This document shows, piece by piece, positions 56,968 through 64,000 of a stretch of 64,000 nucleotides of DNA; the first letter of the stretch is position 1; each line of letters starts with the position of its first letter. The notes below the pieces were generated by a model, which was given only the letters and a program-made list of their open reading frames with translations, made no database searches and had not been told where the DNA came from. The position numbers were made by a program, and so were the translations under genes. Source of the stretch: the human T2T-CHM13v2.0 reference genome, Homo sapiens; assembly GCF_009914755.1 (NCBI RefSeq), contig NC_060926.1. One strand, 5' to 3'.

Positions 56968-59900
56968 AAAATGTAAAAAACTTGAAGTCATATCAGATAT
57001 CTTCTCAGACCATTGCAGAGTAAAACTAGAAATCAGTTCTAAAAGGAATCCACAAAACCATATAAATACATGGAAATTAAGCAAATCTGCTCCTTTATGA
57101 TTTTTGGGTTAACAATGATATCAAGATGGAAATTAAATAATTCTTCAAGATAAATGATAATAGTGACACAAGATATCAAAACCTCTGGGATACAGCAAAA
57201 GCAGTGCTAAGAGGAAACTTTATAGGGCTAAATGCCTACATCAGAAAGTCTGAAAGATCACAAATTGACAATCTAATGTCACACGTCAAGGAAGTAGAGA
57301 AATGAGAACCAACTAAACCTAAAGCTAGAAGAAGAAAAAAAATAACAAAGATCAGAGCAGAATTAACAGAAATTGCAACAACAACAACAACAAAAAAGAT
57401 CATGAAACAGAAAGTTGGCTCTTTGAAAAGATAAACAAAATCATAGACCGTTAGCTATCTTAACCATGAAAAGAAGAGAGAAGATTCAAATAAGCTGAAT
57501 TAGAAATGAAAATGGAGACACTACAACCATCACCACAGAAATACAAAAGACCATTTGAGATTACTGTGAACACCTCTATGCATACAAACTAGAAAATCTA
57601 GAGGAAATGGATAAATCCCTGGAAATATACAACCCTCCTAGCTTTAATCAGCAAGAAATAGAAATCCTGAACAGACCAATAACAACCAGTGAGATTGAAT
57701 CCATAATTTTTTAAATTGCCAACAAAAAAAACCCAGTGCCAGACAGATTCACAGCCAAATTCTACCAGACATTCAAAGAATTGGTACCAGTCCTACTGAA
57801 ACTATTCCAAAAGACTGAGAAAGAGGGAATCGTCCCTAATTCATTCTATGAAGCCGGTATCACCATGACACCAAAGCCACAAAAGGACATAACAAAAGAA
57901 TAAAAATACAGACAAATATCTCTGATGAACGTAGATGCAAAAACTCTCAACAAAATGCTAGCAAACTGAATCCAACAGCACATCCAAACAATAATTTACC
58001 ATGAACAAATGAGTGTCATCCCAGGGTAGCAGGAATGGTTCAACATTCACAAGTCAATAAATGTGATTCATCACACAAACAGAATTAAAAACAAAAACCA
58101 TATGATCATCTCAATTGATGCATAAAAAGCATTTGCTAAAGTCCAGCATCCATTTATGATAAAAAATGTCAACAAACTAGGAATCGAAGGAATATACCTC
58201 AACAAAATAAAAGCTATCTGTGACAGACTTACAGCCAATATCATACTGAATGGGAGAAAAGGTGAAAAGAATTCCCTCTAAGAACTGGAACAAGATAAGG
58301 ATGCCCGCTTTCACCACTCTATTCAACACATTACTGGAAGTCCTAGCTAGAGCAGTCAGGCAAGAAAAAGAAAGGACGTTCAAATTAGAGAGAGTCAAAA
58401 TGTCTCTGTTTGCTGATGATATGATTGTATGCTTGGAAAACCCAAAAGACGACTCCAAAAGACTTCCTAGATTTTATAAATGAATTCAGTAAAGTCTTAG
58501 GTTATAAAACTAATGTATACAAATCAGTAGCACTGCTACACACCAACAGCCACTAAGCTGAGAATCAAATCCAAAACTCAACCCCTTTTATGATAGCTGC
58601 AAACAAACAAAACAAAAAACAAAACAAAACAAAACAAACTGGGGATAAACTTAACAAAGGAGGTCTCTACAAGGAAAACTATAAAATACTACTCAAATAA
58701 ATCATAGATGATACAAACAAACAAATGTATGTCCCATGTTCAGGTATTGGAAGAATCAATATCATGAAAATGACCATAATGCCTAAAGCAATCTGCATAT
58801 TCAATGCAATTCCTATCAAGATACTAACACTGTTTTTCACAGAAATGTAAAAAATAACCCAAAAATTCATATGGAACCAAAAAAGAGCCTGAATGCCAAA
58901 GCAGTCCGAAGCAAAAAGAACAATCCAGAGGCATCACATTACCTGACTTCAAATTACACTACAAGGATGTAGTAACTAAAACAGCATGGTACTGCTGTAA
59001 AAGTCGATACAAAGACCAATGGAACAGAATAGAGAACCCAGAAATAAAGCCAAATACTTAAAACCAGCTGATCTTCAACAAAACTTAAACATTAATTGAG
59101 GAATGGACACCCTATTCAATAAATGGTGCTGGGAAAACAGCCACATGCAGAATATGAAACTATCCCTATCTCTCACCATATAAAAAATTAAAATCAATTA
59201 GAGACTTAAATCTTAAGACCTGAAACCATAAGAATTCTAGAAGAAAACCTAGGAAAAACTTCCCTGGACATTGGCCTAGGCAAAGAATTTATGACTAAGA
59301 CCCCAAAAGCAAATGCAACAAAAACAAAAATAAATAAATGGGAGCCAGTTAAATTAAGTTTCTGCATGGCAAAAGAAATAATTATCAGAGTAAAATACAA
59401 CCCACAGAATGGGAGGAAATATTTGCAAATTATGTATCTGACAAAGGACTAATATCCAGAATCTACAATGAATTCGAACAAATCAACAAGAAAAAAAAAT
59501 AAACCTGTCAAAAACTGGGCAAATGACATGAATAGACATTCCTCAAAATAATACATACAAATGACCAAGAAACGTATGAAAAAAATGCTTAACATCACTA
59601 ATCATCAGGGAAATGCAAATTCAAACCACAATATGAGATACTACCTTACCCCAACTGGAGTGGCCATTACTAAAAAGTCAAAAAGCAATAGATGTTAGTG
59701 TGAATGTGGGGAAAAGGGAATGCTTATACACTGATGGTAGGAATGTAAATTAGTTACCTCTATGGAAAACAGTACAGAGATTCTTCAAAGAACTAAATGT
59801 AGATCTTCCATTTGATTCAGCATTCCCACCACTGATTATCTACTCAAAGGAAAAGTCATTATATCAAAAGAAGTCATTATGCACACCTGCATGCATATGT

Positions 59901-60361
59901 TTATTGCAGCATAGTTAACAGTTGCAAAGATACGGAAACAAGTGTCCATCAACCAATGAGTAAAGAAAATGTGATATATATACACCATGGAATGCTACTC
60001 AGCCATAAAAAAGAATGAAATAATGTCTTTTGCAGCAACTTAGATGGGGCTGCTGGAGGCCAATATTCTAAGTATTAATAACTCAGGAATAGAAAACCAA
60101 ATACCATATGTTCTCACTTATAAGTGGGAGCTAAACTATGAGTATGCAAAGACATACAGAGTGGTTTAACAGACTTTTGAGACTCAGAAGGGGAAAGGGT
60201 GAGAAAGGGGTGAGAGATTAAAAAGCCTACATATTGGATACAATGTACACTACTTGGGTGATGAGTGCACTAAAATCTCAGACTTCACCACTATACAATT
60301 CATCCATGTAACTAAAAATTACTTGTACCCCTAAAGCTACTGAAATAAAAAAAATTGAAAA
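56968..60361 (+). mobile_element. 5'-truncated L1PB (PB2-like), about 3.4 kb, sense
   Basis: ORF2 remnants (58250-58483 ...LFNTLLEVLARAVRQEKE...SLFADDMIV, RT FADD motif); L1PB 3'UTR ending ctaaagctactgaaataaaaaa; TSD tctatttctg at 56958-56967 / 60362-60371. Confidence 0.92.
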
Positions 60362-62500
60362 TCTATTTCTGGACTTTCTGTATTTTTTTCATTGATCTAT
60401 GTGGAAATCTGTCCTTCACCAATACTAAATGATTTGATTTCTTTTGCTGTATAATCAATCCTGGAATCAGATAGCATGGATCCTCTTAGTTCTTTTTTAA
60501 AATTACTTTGGGTATTCTAGATCTTTTGCCTTTCTGCATGAATTTCAGAAGAAGCTTGTTGATATCTACTGAAAAAAAAAATCCCAAGATTTTGACTTTA
60601 TAGATCAGTTTGGGAAAAATTAACATCTTAACAACAATGAGTTTTTCAATCCATGAATATGGTATATTTCTCCATGTACTTAGGTCTTCTTTGATTTCTT
60701 TGACCAGTGTTTTATAGTTTCGAACATGCAGATCCTCCATATGTTTTCTTAGATTTATACCTAAGTATTTTATGTTTTTTTGTAGGATGAGGTTTGCTAT
60801 TTTAAAAATATTTTCTCTATCTGTTGAGACGATTATATAGTTTTTCTTTTTTATTAGCATACTATATTACTTTGATTTTCAAAGCCAAAGCAGTTTTGCA
60901 TTCCCAGGATAAATCTCACCTGGTTGTGCTGTATTACACTTCATCCTGGTAAAAATGCCACGTGCACCTGAAAAGAATGTGTATTCTGCTGTTGTTGGAT
61001 AGAATGTTCTATTTAAATGTTATTTAGATGAACTTAGCTGATAGTTTTTTCTAGGACTTCTGTATCCCTACTGATTGTCTCCTCGATTTAATGAATTCTG
61101 TTAGTATTTTGAATTACCTGTGATAATTATGAGTAATACTGAATACCTATTGTTGCAATAGTTACTCTGGACACATCAAAGACTTCAAATTCCTTTACCA
61201 TCACCTTATTTTAAGGATGGGCATGATTTACCAGAGGGTTTTTCTCGGTATCTGCTTGAACTTCAGTTTCAGGTCCTCGTTTTGTGCTGTGACTCGGATA
61301 GGTTCTCCTTCCACTCCCTTGTCCCTCTCCCGGTAGTATAGTGCAATTACTTGTTGCTCTATGCTTTGTAGTCTGGTGGTGAGAGGCAAGTTATGGGTAT
61401 GTCCTGATTAAGCCTTAGTCTTAAGCAGTTACTGTGCCCCTGGGTTTGGCAGTATGGCCTTCTCAGTGTTCTTGCCCCTCCCCCGGATTTAGAGGGTATG
61501 TTTTATTTTTCTTCCTTTTCCCTTCTTAAAGTTGCCATATGTTTTCACTAGCTCCCCAAGGGAAATGGTGGTTCTGCTAGTCCGTTCTCACACTGCTATG
61601 AAGAAATACCTGAGACAGAGTAATTTATAAAGAAAAGAGGTTTAATTGACTCACAGTTCCACATTGCTGGGGAGGCCTCAAGAAGCTTACAATCATGGTG
61701 GAAGGCAAAGGAGAAGCAGGCACGTTCTTCGCAGGGTGGCAGGACAGAGTAAGTGCAAGCAGGGGAAATGCCAGAGGCTTATAAAACCATCAGATCTCAT
61801 GAGACCTCACTCACTATCACGAGAACAGCATGGAAGAAACCGCCCCTGTGATCTAATTACCACCGTGTGGGGATTATGAGGATTACAATTCAAGATGAGA
61901 TTTGGGTGGGGGCACATCCAAACCCTCTCAGTGGTTTTTGCTCTTCTTTCAGGCATGTAAGGCATTATTCCATAGGCTATCTAGGGGAGAAGGATCTGGG
62001 CAGCCTTTCATACATTTCCTGGAGTGGGTGCTGTTCTTTTCCCACAGGACTGTACCATAGTGATAAAGGATGCTTTCTCTGGACTCTCCCTAGTCTCTCT
62101 TGTGAGACCAGATGAGGTTCTGAGAAAACCTGAAAGTGGGTGTGAATTTCTTTATATCATAGCCCTCCGGGGATTCTGGGTTCCCTTGCTGGCTTACAGT
62201 CAGCCTTTACCAATCTTCTTACAATTTGGCCGAAATTTTTTCACTGGTGTCCAGCAGAGACTGTCCTAGGTGAGGAAGTGCTCATGTGTCATTTTAGATT
62301 TATATTTGTTTAGTTGGCTGATCTGCTACCTCAGGTCTTTGATGGGTTCAAGAAAAGTTATTAGGTAGTCTCTCTGAGCCTACTCTGGCTTGGGAGGCTG
62401 CCCAATTAAAAAAAACAAGTTAATTTAAGGATTATGTAGCATTTATGTTTTTTATAAGGATGAAAGTGATGCCCTTTCCAGCTTTCTACATCCCAAGAGG
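60362..62500 (-). mobile_element. Continuation of the old L1M host (degenerate), interrupted by THE1
   Basis: Minus-strand ORF 60486-60860 (KYLGINL...YKTLVKEIKEDLSTWRNIPYSWIEKL) is L1 ORF2; right boundary approximate. Confidence 0.65.
61573..61930 (-). mobile_element. THE1 (D-like) solo LTR
   Basis: THE1 consensus motifs; 5-bp TSD gtggt at 61568-61572 / 61931-61935. Confidence 0.88.
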
Positions 62501-62785
62501 AAGCTAGGAGCATTCCTTATTCTTCACTGGGGTTTGAATTATCATTTCTTGCATACTATTTATCAATTTTGTTTTCTTACATAAAGAGGATTTTTCCATC
62601 ATGAAATAGATAGAAACTATAGTTTCTTTTTAAAAGTCTGGGTAAATCTCTCTTGGATTCCAAGGTTTTAGACTAAGGAGTTAATGTAATAGTTACCAAT
62701 AATACTGAGTTTTGAAAAGACCCACTAACAAGCTCATTTGGTAGAAAGAATGCCAGTACCCCAGAGAAACATCCAGTACTATTTA

Positions 62786-63121
62786 TAGTCATGCATTACA
62801 TAATGTTTCGCTCAGCAACAGACCACATATGTGACAGTGGTCCCATAACATTATAAAACTATATTTTTATTATACCTTTTCTATGTTTAGATACACAAAT
62901 ACTTACCATTGCATTACACTTGCTTATGGTATTCACCACAGAAACATGCTATAGAGGTTTGTAGCCTAGGAGCAATAGGCTATACCATATAGCCTATATG
63001 TGTAGTAGGCTATGCCATGTAGGTTTGTGTAACTACACTTTATAATGACTGCACAATGACAAAATTGCCTAATGACACATTTTTTCAGAACATATCCCTG
63101 TGGTTAAGTGATGCATGACTG
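62786..63121. mobile_element. Tigger3a/MER47A-like MITE
   Basis: TIRs tagtcatgcattacataa / ttaagtgatgcatgactg; gtagcctaggagcaataggctataccatatagcc core. Confidence 0.85.
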
Positions 63122-64000
63122 TCCTCTCAAACTTTTCTTTAGTTAAATAAATTGTAAGGGTACATTGAAAAATCAAGGTAGCTAGCAACTTTTAACCTCA
63201 GAATTTGCTATTATCGTATTTCATAATAGTACCTGGCCATAATTACAAGTCCTAAAGATCATGCCAGGAATAATAATGCCTAAGTTGCCTTTGTAGAAGA
63301 AATATTGAAATTTATATTATTTCAAGGGGCTTGAACATTTACTACTACTAACAAAAATCTTGTCTTGTTCTGTTGGCAGTCTCAGCTTTTATAAATGAAT
63401 CCAAGAGGCAGCTGATACCACAGTAATAGAAAAATTTTGGAAAGGAGCCATGTTTTTCTTTGAGTCAAAAGGCAGATGCCAACTAGGAACATTAGCTCCT
63501 TGCATTTTTTTTCTCCCCCAACCCCACATCCCTCTGTGCATAATTTATGCCTTTTTCTTTTCTTTTTTTTTTTAAATAGCCTGCCACCAGGTTAAGTTGG
63601 TGCTGGGTACAAAGCTCTGTCCTTTTCAATTTCTATCTGCCAGCGTGCAGCATGGGTACTGGTTGAAGCCGGAAATCCTTACTGACATGTGGAGTAACTT
63701 GTGCTTCTTTTCTTAGATTCTTCTGAAAGGCAAATGGCCACAATCACACTTTGGCTGTCTTGTGAAAAAATCAAGCAGAATTGTCACCCCCAGCTCTGCA
63801 CTACACAGTTGAGGTTGCTAGGTAGCATATATGAAACTATGGTGGAATATACTACAAAAGTCTTGGCTTGAGAATGAAACTGATTGCTGCTTTGTTTCTT
63901 AGTCTCTAGATGTAAAAACCGGGAAAGCCATATTAGAAAAAATATTTAGATTTCAAATTAATATGTAGTGCTTTGTTAACAGAGCATTTAATGATCCCTT

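Noticed and set aside
58250-58483. Reverse-transcriptase-like ORF (FADD motif)
   Set aside because: Fragment of a decayed L1PB ORF2 with surrounding stops and frameshifts; not an independent RT or retron system.

Overview
Human (primate) genomic DNA from inside the RHBDD1 (RHBDL4, ER rhomboid protease) gene on the + strand. Three internal coding exons are present: 35492-35580 (89 nt, TM6 with the catalytic His, GHLAG), 37521-37577 (57 nt) and 42906-43049 (144 nt, ubiquitin-interacting motif). The rest is intron, dense with Alus, L1, L2, MIR, MaLR/ERV1 solo LTRs and hAT/Tigger DNA transposons, many with readable target-site duplications. Subfamily names come from remembered consensus sequences and need RepeatMasker/Dfam confirmation. 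The most interesting signal is splice and reading-frame geometry. Back-splicing the three exons gives a 290-nt circle with one full-turn 96-codon ORF whose stop overlaps its own start (GGAC-TAATG). An alternative donor 46 nt downstream gives a 336-nt circle with no stop codon. An in-frame stop overlapping AATAAA just after the catalytic exon could give a UIM/VBM-less protease. These are sequence-derived hypotheses, not demonstrated products. There are no prokaryotic features, tRNA/rRNA genes or CRISPR arrays.
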